From Thalia democratica (lineage: Eukaryota), in NCBI GenBank assembly GCA_965202585.1, contig OZ241829.1, positions 65,658,001 to 65,722,000 on the forward strand: 64,000 nt of DNA, in the 5' to 3' direction. Position numbers and translations under genes: made by a program. Shown piece by piece: positions 25,079 to 37,260 of the stretch; within the stretch, counting starts at the first letter, position 1; every line of letters begins with the position of its first letter. The notes under the pieces were generated by a model. It was given only the letters and a program-made list of their open reading frames with translations, was not told the DNA's origin and ran no database searches.

Positions 25079-25801
25079 TAGTTACTAAATATTTTTACCT
25101 ATTTTAAATTCCTAATGTTATGATCTTTTAAAGTATACAAGATTATTTAAAAGTATTTTTACAGTTTTCACCTTTTAGTACATAAATTTTCAAGTTTTGA
25201 TAATCTCAGGCTGAATCATAAAGATATTGAGTAAAATTTTTCAGGCTAGTTAAAACATTTTTGATAGTGTTTGCTTACATAATTATAGTAGAATTACATT
25301 ATCTTTTTATTAATATAGCATTGTTTGAAAAAACATCTTTTATTTTAGATTTAAAGTTATATAAATAAAGACAAGAAAATTTTTAAAATCCTGGCAGAAT
25401 ATTTAAAAACTTAAAACATAGTTCTAAAAAGCCAGTGGCCATCCTGTTAAGACATAAATTTCAGACATTTAAGGGTTTAAACATTTTGTCATTAGGTTAT
25501 TTTTAGTAGCTTTTTTCATTATACAGTTTTTATGATAAGTTTCTAATTTTAAACAATATATTAATACTATCAATTGCTTAATATTTAAACTACTGCAGAT
25601 CCACTGCTCTAATACCATTTATGACTAATAATTTAAACGAATTTATTACTATATAATTTTAGACTTAAAATAAAGGTTGATGACAGTATTAATATTTAAA
25701 TAAGTTAAAAAAAAAGGGTATAAAAGAATAATGTAATTACATAGAGTTGCACTGTTGTTTTGTATTTTGTTTTCATCTGTCTTTACTAGTTTTGGTAATT
25801 A

Positions 25802-26435
25802 CCTGGGATGATGTCCACCAATATCAAGCTGAAATTGTATTGTATTCGATGTCTTTTAAAAACAATTTTAAAATAAGAATTTATATTTTATACATACAAA
25901 AAATCATTTAAACTTATTTATCATAAACTAATAAAACTGAAATATTTGAACACTTTTATTTAAAATGTAAAGCGATTATATAAATGAATTAGTTTATATC
26001 GATTACAATAATACTGTGATATAAAATCTATAAATATTATAGTATGTAATAAATTTAATTATTTCTAATAAATAATGTAACTAGTTCAAAACAAAGTATC
26101 TTTTTAGATTAAACATAATAGGTTTGAAACATTGATATTTAGCTTAAAAGTATGGTAAAATAGATATCGAATATAGTATAATTTCAGCTTGATATTAGTG
26201 CGACATCACCCTAGGTCAGGGGTTGGCAGATCAAAAAAGGAACGTTTTTTATGTGGTTTCAAAAAACACATTTAAAGATAATTTTTTGATCATTAAAAAT
26301 TTAGGCGATAGATAATCCTTTAAAGATAACACTGTAATTTATTTTTTGTTTTTTGAGAATGTTAATATATCAAACAAGTTGAAAAAAAAGCTTAATGCGG
26401 ATCGCGGACCGCAGTTTGCCAACCCCTGCCCTAGA
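25802..26435. mobile_element. TA-flanked MITE (family B) interrupted in its right TIR by a hAT MITE
   Basis: Left end TA|cctgggatgatgtccaccaatatcaagctgaa; right end ttcagcttgatattagtgcgacatcaccctag. Confidence 0.65.
26217..26428. mobile_element. hAT MITE (212 bp) with 8-bp target-site duplication
   Basis: Perfect 12-bp TIR caggggttggca/tgccaacccctg flanked by ccctaggt and ccctagat (7/8). Confidence 0.88.
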
Positions 26436-26946
26436 TAGTTACTCATATTTATAGTAGAATTTCATTATCTTTTTATTAGTATAGCACTGTTTAAAAAATA
26501 ATTTAGTTTTAGATTTAAAGTTATCTAAAAATGACAAGAGAAGTTTTAAAATCCTGGCAGAAAATCTAAAAACTTAAAAGATAGTTCTGTAAAGCTAGTT
26601 GCAATCCTGTTTAGACATAAACTTGGATTTTATTTGTCATTAGGTTATTTTAGGTAGCTCTTTTCATTAAATAGTTTTTATGATAAGTTTCTAATTTTAA
26701 ATAATATATTAATATTATCAGTTGCTTAATATTTAAACTACTGCAGATTCACTACTCTAATACCATTTATGACTAATAATTTAAACAAATTTATTACTAT
26801 ATAATTTTAGACTTGAAATAAAGGTTGATGACAGTATTAATGTTTAAATAAGCTAAAAAAAGGAATAAAAGGATAATGTAATTACATAGAGTTGCACTGT
26901 TGTTTTGTATTTTGTTTTTATCTGTCTTTACTAGTTTTGGTAATTA

Positions 26947-27365
26947 CCTAGGATGATGTCCACCAATATCAAGCTAAATTTATATTACATTCGATGTCTT
27001 TTTTAACTATAATTTTTACATAAAAGTTTCTACTTTACATACACAAAAATATAATCTAATTTATTTATCATCAAATAATAAAACTAAAAAATTTGATCTT
27101 TTTTATTTACAATATCAAGCGATTATATAAATGAAATAATTTGTATCAATTAAGATGTTGTGAGATGAAATCGATTAAATATTTAAGTATGTACTAATTT
27201 ATTTTTATTCATACTATTAATTTTCGTAGCCAGTTTGAAACAAAGTATCTTTTTAGATTAAACATAATAGGTTTAAAACATTGGTTTTTAGCTTAAAAAT
27301 GTAGTTAAAAAAACGTCGAATATAGTATATATTTCAGCTTAATACTGGTGCAACATCATCCTAGG
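26947..27365. mobile_element. TA-flanked MITE (family B; Tc1/mariner-type TSD), 419 bp
   Basis: TA|cctaggatgatgtccaccaatatcaagct...agcttaatactggtgcaacatcatcctagg|TA; TIRs of about 35 bp. Confidence 0.7.
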
Positions 27366-27721
27366 TAGTTACCCTTATTTCATTTTACTAATTTTAAAAA
27401 TTTAAAGGAATATTTAAGATTTGTTAGAATAAATTAAAAAAATTTAATTAGTTGCTTTAAAAAAACTCAAAATGAAAGTATAAATCTGTGCCAACAAGGT
27501 ATTTGAAATTTAGTTACATAGACTATATTTGTGTTTTAAATGATTTTATTAGTTTAGAAAACATAATAACACGTACAGAAGTTTTAAAAGTCATTTGCTG
27601 ATTAAATATAAAACCAATAAAAATTCATTTTGAACGAATTTGTAATCTTGCCATTGTGTACTAATGGTTTAATAAATTGTTAGTACAGTCTGGCTCAAGT
27701 AAAACACCTTAATACTAACAG

Positions 27722-27860
27722 CCTGAAGGAATTGAGCAGTGCTTTTTGGAATCAGTTATATTCATGAATGAAGACGATGAAGCACTTTCGGACGCATTCG
27801 AGATAATTTACCCTAAAAATGTTGTACCAGGATGCGAAAGAGCGTCGCTGTACATTTACG
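27722..27860 (+). CDS. TEP/alpha-2-macroglobulin/CD109-like exon, unit 1
   Basis: 139 nt between ctaacag and gtagga; reads PEGIEQCFLESVIFMNEDDEALSDAFEIIYPKNVVPGCERASLYIY(G). Matches from memory the A2M/CD109 motif (P/A)EG(L/I)EK...P.N.V.(G/E)S.R....GD before the thioester domain. Confidence 0.72.
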
Positions 27861-28247
27861 GTAGGATTGGTTAAATACAGAACTTTCCATAAAATTTTGG
27901 ACAAATTACTTATTTAAAAAAAATAATATATAGTATGGTCTGTTACAAAAGATAATTCTTTATAGTTTTAAATATATAAACCAAAGTTAACTATTATAAC
28001 TATCCTGAAATAAGTTAATAACAAATACATTTAAAACATATAAATTAAATTACCACACTAGATAGTTTTGTATAATTATTTATTTTTCGGTTGTTTACGA
28101 AAGACTTTTGTTAACTTTTTTGATTAGTTTTGCTCAATAAAACAGCAGTTTTTTATTGATTACAGCTTGATACTTTTAATATCCCTAACTCTTTATTTCT
28201 TTTTAACATTTGTTATTGCTTGTAATCAAGTACTCTAAATCTACTTA

Positions 28248-28594
28248 CAGGGTTGTCACTTTACCTGGAAACATTGAAAAACCTGTAATTTTGAAGAAAA
28301 TCACTAAAAAAATTAGAATTTTAAACAATTTTTACATGTTATGTCGAAAAATCTTGATATGACGCAACAAATTTATCATATATATAATTTTTTTGATCAT
28401 CATCAAAAATTTCCATTCAAAAACACATTTAAAGTAGCTTAACCGTATATTTTTAATGTTTTTATACTATTTAACACAGTTTTTACCTTAAACTCAATTT
28501 TAAACTAAAGATAAACCGAAAAATGTGTACTTTTCAAAACTTGGAGGAAATTCTGAATACCTGGATATTTTTTTTTAAATGACTGATAACCCTG
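28248..28594. mobile_element. Family-A hAT-like MITE inside array unit 1 (homologous remnants in units 2-5)
   Basis: cagggttgtcactttacctggaaac...gactgataaccctg, similar to 23953-24350. Confidence 0.65.
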
Positions 28595-28830
28595 TACTAA
28601 CTAACTATTAGCTCATCCAGATTCGCCTTAACTGCGTTGTTAAACTAAGATGGTTTTTATATCGTTAGTGATTGTTTCAAAATTTATTCATTAAGAAAAA
28701 GCCGTTTGCTCATTGATAATGTAATAAATGATGAAAACTTTGTGGGTAAATTATTAGACAATTTATTTTAGAGCTCTAAAGCTTTTTTGATTGAACAAAA
28801 TTAATTAACTGTCTGAAAGAATATTAACAG

Positions 28831-29004
28831 AAATTTGTTCTGATCCCGGATGTACGGCTTACTTGAATTTATTCATCTACTTTAAGGTATAATTGGTTTA
28901 GTTAAATACATTTTTGTGATGTCACAATTCAGAATACTTCCTCAGTTTTCGATATCAGTCGTTTTCTAATTGGGACTTGTATCATTTTTATGGTGTCATT
29001 TTAA
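28831..29004 (+). CDS. Two small terminal exons, unit 1 (28831-28886 and 28933-29004): Cys motif plus GPI-signal-like tail
   Basis: Reads (E)ICSDPGCTAYLNLFIYFK | NTSSVFDISRFLIGTCIIFMVSF*, with canonical AG/GT and a 46-nt intron. Confidence 0.55.
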
Positions 29005-29482
29005 TGGTGTTGTTTTCAGAATAACAAATTATTTTTATTCTATCTTTCAGAAAATTCAAAAATGTATATAACTAAGAATAAGTTTTTGAATAATTTTGTA
29101 GTTACACTGGTTTTTGCATTTTTAAACATTTGTCTGTGTTTTTTAATCAACTGTAATTGATTGTACATACAAGACACGGCTTAATTGCATTTTATAAAAA
29201 TAAGTTTTCAAATTTAAAAAAAAATCTAAATTGAAGAATAAACCTTTTCCAACAAAGTATTTGAAATTTAGTTACAAAGATTACTAGATTTGTGTTTTAA
29301 ATGATTTTATTAGTTTAGAAAACATAATAACCCGTACAGAAGTTTTAAACGTAGTTTTCTGATTAAAAATAAGACCAGTATCAATTCATTTTGAACGAAT
29401 TTGTAATCTTGCCATTGTATACTAATGGTTTAATAAATTGTGTGTACAATCTGGCTCAAGTAAAACACCTTAATACTAACAG

Positions 29483-29621
29483 CCTGAAGGAATTGAGCAG
29501 TGCTTTTTGGAATCAGTTATATTCATAAATGAAGACGATGAAGCACTTTCGGACGGATTCGAGATAATTTACCCTGAAAATGTTGTACCAGGATGCGAAA
29601 GAGCGTCGCTGTACATTTACG
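29483..29621 (+). CDS. TEP/CD109-like exon, unit 2
   Basis: 139 nt, open frame, splice sites intact; carries M>I and A>G relative to consensus. Confidence 0.72.
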
Positions 29622-30630
29622 GTAGGATTTGTTAAATTCAGAACTTTCCATTAAATTTTAGATAAATATCTTATTTAAATAACGTCTAAAACCTTAAAAT
29701 AATATATTATTTAGTATAACCTATTACAAAAGATAATTGTTTATAGTTTTAAATATATAAACCAAATTTAACCATTATAACTATCCTGAAATAAGTTAAT
29801 AAAAAATACATTAAAAACATATAAATCAAATTACCACACTAGATAGTTTTGTATAATTATTTATTTTTTGGTTGTAAACAAAAAACTTTTGTTCGCTTTT
29901 TCGATTAGTTTTTCCCAATAAAACAGCAGTATTTCACTGAGTACAGCTTGATACTTTTTATCTATCTTGCTCAATATTTCTTTTTAACGTTTGTTATTGC
30001 TTGTAATCAAGTACTCTCAAATCTACTTACAGGTTTGCCACTTTATCTGATAATATAAAAAAACCTGGAATTTTGAAGAAAAATCACCAAAAAACCTGGA
30101 ATTTTAAACAATTTTTTAATGTTATGTCGAAGAATCTTGATATGACGCAAAAAAAATTATAATATAGAATTTTTTTTGGTCATCATCAAAAATTTTCATT
30201 TAAAAACACATTTAAAGTAGCTTAACCGTATGTTTTTAATGTTTTTATACTATTTAACACAGTTTTTACCTTAAACTCAATTTTAAACTAAAGATAAACC
30301 GAAACATGTGTACTTTTCAAAACTTGGAGGAAATTCTGGAAACCTGGATATTTTTTTTTAAATGACTGATAGCCCTGTACTAACTAACTATTAGCTCATC
30401 AAGATCCGTCTTAACTGCGTTGTTAAACTAAGATGGTTTTTATATCGTTAGTGATTGTTTCAAAATTTATTCATTAAGAAAATGCCGTTTGCTCATTGAT
30501 AACATCAATAAATTATGAAAAATTTGTGAGTAAATAGTTTGGTTTGTATTTTATTAGACAGTTTATTTCTGAGCTCTAAAGCTTTTTTGACGGAACAAAA
30601 TTATTTAACTGTCTGAAAGAATAATAACAG

Positions 30631-30804
30631 AAATTTGTTCTGATCCCGGATTTACGGCTTACTTGAATTTCTTTATCTACTTTAAGGTATAATTGGTTTA
30701 GTTAAATACATTTTTGTGACGTCATAATTCAGAATACTTCCTCAGTTTTCGATATCAGTCGTTTTCTAATTGGGACTTGTATCATTTTTACGGTGTCATA
30801 TTAA
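30631..30804 (+). CDS. Two small terminal exons, unit 2 (30631-30686 and 30733-30804)
   Basis: Reads (E)ICSDPGFTAYLNFFIYFK | NTSSVFDISRFLIGTCIIFTVSY*. Confidence 0.55.
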
Positions 30805-31283
30805 CGGTGTTGTTTTTGAGAAAAACATAAATTATTTTTATTCTATCTTTCAGAAAACTCGAAAATGTAAATAATTAAGAATAAGTTTTTGAATAATTCA
30901 GTAGTTACACTGGTTTTTGCATTTTTAAACATTTGTCTGTGTTTTTTAGTTACTGTAATTGATTATACATACAAGACACGGCTTAACTACATTTTATAAA
31001 CATTAGTTCTGTAATTAAAAAAAAAATCAAAGTTGAATAATAAACCTTTTCCAAAAAAGTATTTGAAATTTAGTTACATAGATTACTATATTTGTGTTTT
31101 AAATGATTTTATTAGTTATGATAAGATAAAAACCCGTACAGAAGTTTTAAAAGTAATTTAATAATTAGAAATAAGACTTATAAAAATTCATTTTGAACGA
31201 ATTTGTATTATTGCCATTGTGTACTAATGGTTTAATAAATTGTGTGTACAATCTGGCTCAACTAAATACCTTAATACTAACAG

Positions 31284-31422
31284 CCTGAAGGAATTGAGCA
31301 GTTCTTTTTGGAATCAGTTATATTCATGAATGAAGACGATGAAGCACTTTCGGACGCATTCGAGATAATTTACCCTGAAAATGTTGTACCAGGATCCGAA
31401 AGAGCGTCGCTGTACATTTACG
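31284..31422 (+). CDS. TEP/CD109-like exon, unit 3
   Basis: 139 nt, open frame, PENVVPGSERA. The downstream terminal exons are deleted in this unit. Confidence 0.7.
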
Positions 31423-32505
31423 GTAGGATTTGTTAAATACAGAACTTTCCATTGATTTTTAGACAAATAACTTATTTAAATAAAATATTATATAGTGTGG
31501 TCTATTACAAAAGATAACTCTTTATAGTTTTAAATATATAAATCAAAGTTAACCATTATAACTATTCTGAAATAAGTTAATAACAAATACAAACATGTAT
31601 ATAAATTACCACACTAGATAGTTTTGTATAATTATTTGTTTTTCGGTTGTTTACGAAAAACTTTTGTTAGCTTTTTCGATTAGTTTTGCTCAATAAAGTA
31701 GCAGTTTTTTATAGATTACAGCTTGATACTTTTCATCTACCTTACTCTTTATTTCTTTTTAACGTTTGTTATTGCTCGTGATCAAGTACTCTCAAATCTA
31801 CTTACAGGTTTCCCATTTTACCTGGAAACATGGAAAACCCTGTAATTTTGAATAAAAATCACTAAAAAACCTGAATTTCCAATTAATTTTTACATGTTAA
31901 GTAGAAAAATTTATCACTTAAATAATTTTTTGGTCATCATCAATTTTTTTTATTCAAAGACACATTCAAAGTAGCTTTACAGTATGTTTTCAATGCTTTT
32001 ATACTAGTTGACAAAGTTTTTTTTACCTTAAAATTAACTTGAAACTAAAAGTACACCCTAATATGTGTACATTTAAAACCTGTAAAAATTTTGTTAAATG
32101 CGGCTGATAACCCTGTACTAACTAACTGTTAGCTCATCAACATTTTTAAGATTTTTCTGTGTTTTTTAATCAACTGTATTTGATTTTACATACAAGTCTC
32201 GGCTTAATTACATTTTATAACTATAGCATTACTAATTAAAGAAAAAATTAAAATGGAAGAATAAACCTTTGCCAACAAGGTTTTTGAAATTTAGTTACAT
32301 AGATTACTATATTTGTGTTTTAAATGATTTTATTAGTTTAGAAAACATTGTGACACGTATAGAAGTTTTAAAAGTAATTTGCTGATTGGAAATAAGACCG
32401 GTAAAAATTCATTTTGAATGAATTTGTAATATTCCTACTGTACACTAATGGTTTAATAAATTGTGTGTACAATCTGGCTCAAGTAAAACACCTTAATACT
32501 AACAG

Positions 32506-32644
32506 CCTGAAGGAATTGAGCAGTGCTTTTTGGAATCAGTTATATTCATGAATGAAGACGATGAAGCACTTTCGGACGCATTCGAGATAATTTACCCTGA
32601 AAATGTTGTACCAGGATCCGAAAGAGCGTCGCTGTACATTTACG
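32506..32644 (+). CDS. TEP/CD109-like exon, unit 4
   Basis: 139 nt, open frame, PENVVPGSERA. The acceptor of the downstream Cys exon is mutated. Confidence 0.7.
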
Positions 32645-34060
32645 GTAGGATTGGTTAAATACAGAACTTTCCATTAATTTTTAGACAAATAACTTATTTA
32701 AATAAAATATTGTAAAGTATATTCTATTACAAAAGATAATTTTTTTAGTTTTAAATATATAAACCAAAGCTAACCATTATAACTATCCTGAAGTAAGTTA
32801 ATAACAAATACATTAAAAACATATAAATTAAATACAACATTAGATAGTTTTGTATAATTATTTATTTTTTGGTTGTTTACAAAAAATTTTTACATGTTAT
32901 GTCGAAAAATCTTGATATGACGCAAAAAAATTATCATATAGAATTTTTTTTGGACATCATCAAAAATTTCCATTTAAAAACACATTTAAAGTAGCTTAAC
33001 CGTATGTTTTTAATGTTTTTATACTATTTAACGCAGTTTTTACCTTAAACTCAATTTAAAACTAAAAATAGACCGAAAAATGTGTACTTTTAAAAACTTG
33101 GAGGAAATTCTGAATACCTGGATATTTTTTTCTAAATGACTGATAGCTCTATACTAACTAACTATTAGCTCATCCAGATCCGCCTTAACTGCGTTGTTAA
33201 ACTAAGATGGTTTTTATATCGTTAGTCATTGTTTCAAAAATTATTCTTTAAGAAAATGCCGTTTGCTCATTGATAATGTCAATAAATGATGAAAACTTTG
33301 TGAGTAAATAGTTTGGTTTGTATTTTATTAGACAGTTTATTTCTGAGCTCTAAAGCTTTTTTGATTGAACAAAATTATTTAACTGTCTAAAATTATAATA
33401 TTTGGAATTTGTTCTGACCCCGGATTTACGGCTTACTTGAATTTCTTTATCTATTTTAAGGTATTATTGGTTTAGTTAAATACATTTTTGTGATGTCATA
33501 ATTCAGAATACTTCCTCAGTTTTCGATATCAGTCGCTTTCTTTTTGGCACTTGTATCTTTTTAATGGTGTCATATTAACGGTGTTGTTTTTCAGAATAAC
33601 AACTTATTTTTATTCTATCTTTCAGAAAATTCGAAAATGTATATAACTAAAAATAAGTTTTTGAATAATTTTGTAGTTACACTGGTTTTTGCATTTTTAA
33701 ACATTTGTCTGTGTTTTTTAATCAACTGTAATTGATTTTACATACAAGTCTCTGCTTAATTACATTTTATAAAAATAAGTTTTCAAATTAAAAAAAAAAA
33801 AATCAAAATGGAAGAATAAACCTTTTCCAAAAAAGTATTTGAAATTTAGTTACATAGATTACTATATTTGTGTTTTAAATGATTTTATTAGTTATAATAA
33901 GATAATAACCCGTACAGAAGTTTTAAACGTAGTTTTCTGATTAAAAATAAGACCAGTAACTATTCATTTTGAACGAATTTGTAATCTTGCCATTGTATAC
34001 TAATGGTTTAATAAATTGTTCGTACAGTCTGGCTCAAGTAAAACACCTTAATACTAACAG

Positions 34061-34199
34061 CCTGAAGGAATTGAGCAGTGCTTTTTGGAATCAGTTATAT
34101 TCATGAATGAAGACGATGAAGCACTTTTGGACGCATTCGAGATAATTTACCCTGAAAATGTTGTACCAGGATGCGAAAGAGCGTCGCTGTACATTTACG
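34061..34199 (+). CDS. TEP/CD109-like exon, unit 5
   Basis: 139 nt, open frame. The downstream Cys exon (from 34981) has a premature TAA. Confidence 0.7.
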
Positions 34200-35899
34200 G
34201 TAGGATTTGTTAAATACAGAACTTTCCATTAAATTTTAGACAAATAACTTATTTAAATAAAATATTATATAGTGTGGTCTATTACAAAAGATAACTCTTT
34301 ATAGTTTTAAATATATAAACCAAATTTAACCATTATAACTATCCTGAAATAAGTTAATAAAAAATACATTAAAAACATATAAATCAAATTACCACACTAG
34401 ATATTTTTGTATAATTACTTATTTTTTGGTTGTAAACAAAAACCTTTTGTTCGCTTTTTCGATTAGTTTTTCTCAATAAAGCAGCAATATTTTACTGAGT
34501 CTAGCTTGGTACTTTTTATCTATCTTGCTCAATATTTCATTTTAACGTTTGTTATTGCTGGTAATCAAGTACTCTCAAATCTACTTACAGGTTTGCCACT
34601 TTATCTGATAATATATAAAAACCTGGAATTTTGAAGAAAAATCACCAAAAAACCTGGAATTTTAAACAAATTTTACATGTTATGTCGAAAAACCTGGATT
34701 TATTATTTTAAATGACTGATAGCCCTGTACTAACTAACTATTAGCTCATCAAGATCCGCCTTAACTGTGTTGTTAAACTAAGATGGTTTTTATATCGTTA
34801 GTCATTGTTTCAAAAATTATTCTTTAAGAAAATGCCGTTTGCTCATTGATAATGTCAATAAATGATGAAAACTTTGTGAGTAAATAGTTTGGTTTGTATT
34901 TTATTAGACAGTTTATTTCTGAGCTCTAAAGCTTTTTTAATTGAACAAAATTATTTAACTGTCTGAAAGAATAATAACAGAAATTTGTTCTGACCCCGGA
35001 TTTACGGCTTACTTGAATTTCTTTATCTAATTTAAGGTATCATTGGTTTAGTTAAATACATTTTTGTGACGTCATAATTCAGAATACTTCTTCAGTTTTT
35101 GATATCTATAGTTTTCTTTTTTGGTTTTAAATCTTTTCTAAGATGTCGTTTAAATGGTGTTGATTTTCAGAAAAAAATTATCTTCTTTTTCAGGATGAAT
35201 GTGAATTTTTATCCAATATCCTTATTTTTCTACGTTTAATTTTCGATAATATATCCCTTTTTCTACAGTATTTGTTTTTAACGTAGTAATCTAGTTCAAG
35301 TTTTTTATTATAGAACCAACTAACACGTTTGATGTACTTTTAGTTTATATTAGTGATGAAAGAAACTTTTGTTACTCAAGTTTTTGTAGTTTTATATGGT
35401 TGTCTTAACTCAGTGAATACCGCTTGTTCTGTATTTATTTCCTTTCAACAACAACAAATAATATTTCTCTATTGTATTTGGTTAGAATCTTTTACAGAAC
35501 CTTGAAATTGATCTTTATTTGACTTTTGTTCTTCTTAAAATTATTTTATATAGTTCTAAATTTATGCAAAGCTGGTTTGTGTTGACCTATCAATTTTACA
35601 TTTTTGTACGTTTCTTCATTAGCAAACCAAAATGTATTTTTAATTAAGTTAATAGTTGTTATGTTTCGCGATAAAAATCCACGATTTTCAAAAATGAATT
35701 TTGTTATGTTATTTAAATAAGTTTATAATTTAGCTTTGGTTGCAGTGCAGTTTGTACTTTGCTTTATTTTAAATAAGATTTTTTTTTTGACATTAAACAA
35801 ACAATATTTAATTCTAGTAAGTACGTCTCTTTTTTAAACAGTGCTCTAAGTAGACTAATTGATTCATTATAATAATATTCAATATAATTCATTATGATA

Positions 35900-36023
35900 A
35901 TAAGTTTTTATACTATTTAACACATTATCTTACCTTAACCTTAACTTTAAATTAAAAATAGACCCAAAAAAGTGTACTTTTAAAAACCAGGAAAAAATTT
36001 GCCAACAGTATTTGGCAACCCTA
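35900..36023. mobile_element. Right-hand fragment of a family-A hAT-like MITE
   Basis: aaaaatagacccaaaaaagtgtacttttaaaaa...tggcaacccta matches the right end of 23953-24350. Confidence 0.55.
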
Positions 36024-37260
36024 TTTTATGCTATAAACTAGTGTTTTAAATATAAAACTAATATTTTTGATTAAAGGGAAAGAAAATTAAACACATTGAA
36101 ACTGTAAAGTAAGTTGAACTAAAACTAGATAACACTTAACTAATTTTAAGTTGAATTTCTCGAATATGTGATTGCTTTTGTGTTAACAATATAAGTATAT
36201 ATTTCGAAACGCTACTTTTAATTTTGATGCTTTCAAATTTCTTAGTTTTTACTTATGTAATTAAATAACCAACATATCAAGATAGCAAGTTAATCTCAAA
36301 ATAAACGTTCTCTAAGGTAAATCTATGGTAAATTTTTACAGCTTCAGCTTAAAAGTTCAACGTTAGTAAAATAGAAATAATAATTTAATATAAAAGCAAG
36401 TACTAACTAAATTTTTGAATAAAAGCAAAACTAAATGAACACTTAATTGAATGAAAATTTTAAACCATTTGTATTTTTGCTGTCATTTTTAAATTTTGTG
36501 ATGCGCTAAGTTGCAAACTAAGATTTTTATTGAGTTTCTAACCTATAACCGTTCATAAAATAAGTGTTTGACAAAAGTGTGCACATTGAGCAGTAAACTT
36601 TGAGAAACCAACTTTAAACTACTTTATTTCTGTTTAATTTTGTATCAAACCGTTTCTGAAATTATAAAATTACTGAAGTATTTCTAGAGTATCGAGTTCT
36701 TAATTTGTTAAACCTAAATTCTTCGTATATTTTTTAGCTTTAAAGTTAATATCAAAAGTAAAAGAACAAAAACGTTATGTGTTATCATTAAAATTTTATT
36801 TATAAATCTTTTGTTATCCGATTTTTATTTATTTTTCATTCCAGTTTTGTACCTCAAGTCGTGCTTGTGGCCTCCTTTTCCTGACGCATCTTGTTAGTGT
36901 TATTTTACCCATAAAAACAGAACATACTATTAACAGACGAACAATTTTATAATTTTACGAAATAGAAACTAAAACTATTTATTATATTTAAAATGTGTAA
37001 TTTCATAGGTGATTATGAAGAATGACCGAGAAGACGCAAAAAGGACCCGAGAACCAGAGGCGAAGCAATTAAGAGATACTGCAAATTTGTTCCTACGTCA
37101 TAGTGTTTCTTACTTTAATAGGTGAATATTGTTTGTTTTAGTTTATAATTTATAGTTATAGTTGTTAAAATTAGTTGTATTTTAATATTTAAGCATACAT
37201 TTCAATGTAATTCAGTATAATACAAGTCAAAAGGTAAAATACATTTTAAAGTAAAGTTTT

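Larger units (their letters stand above)
25283..27372. repeat. Tandem duplication of a unit of about 0.93 kb (2 copies; the first has the extra hAT MITE)
   Basis: 25283-26440 aligns by eye with 26449-27372 (for example atagtagaatt, aaaatcctggcagaa, ctactgcagat, gagttgcactgttg). Confidence 0.85.
27490..35180 (+). repeat. Five-unit tandem array, units about 1.2-1.8 kb, each with a TEP-like exon and a family-A MITE remnant
   Basis: Marker aatactaacag|cctgaaggaattgagcag recurs with spacings 1761, 1801, 1222 and 1555 bp. Units 3-5 carry different internal deletions. Confidence 0.93.

Noticed and set aside
27490-35180. CRISPR-like or satellite interpretation of the repeats
   Set aside because: Units are over 1 kb with exon and MITE content, there is no short repeat-spacer structure, and the context is eukaryotic.
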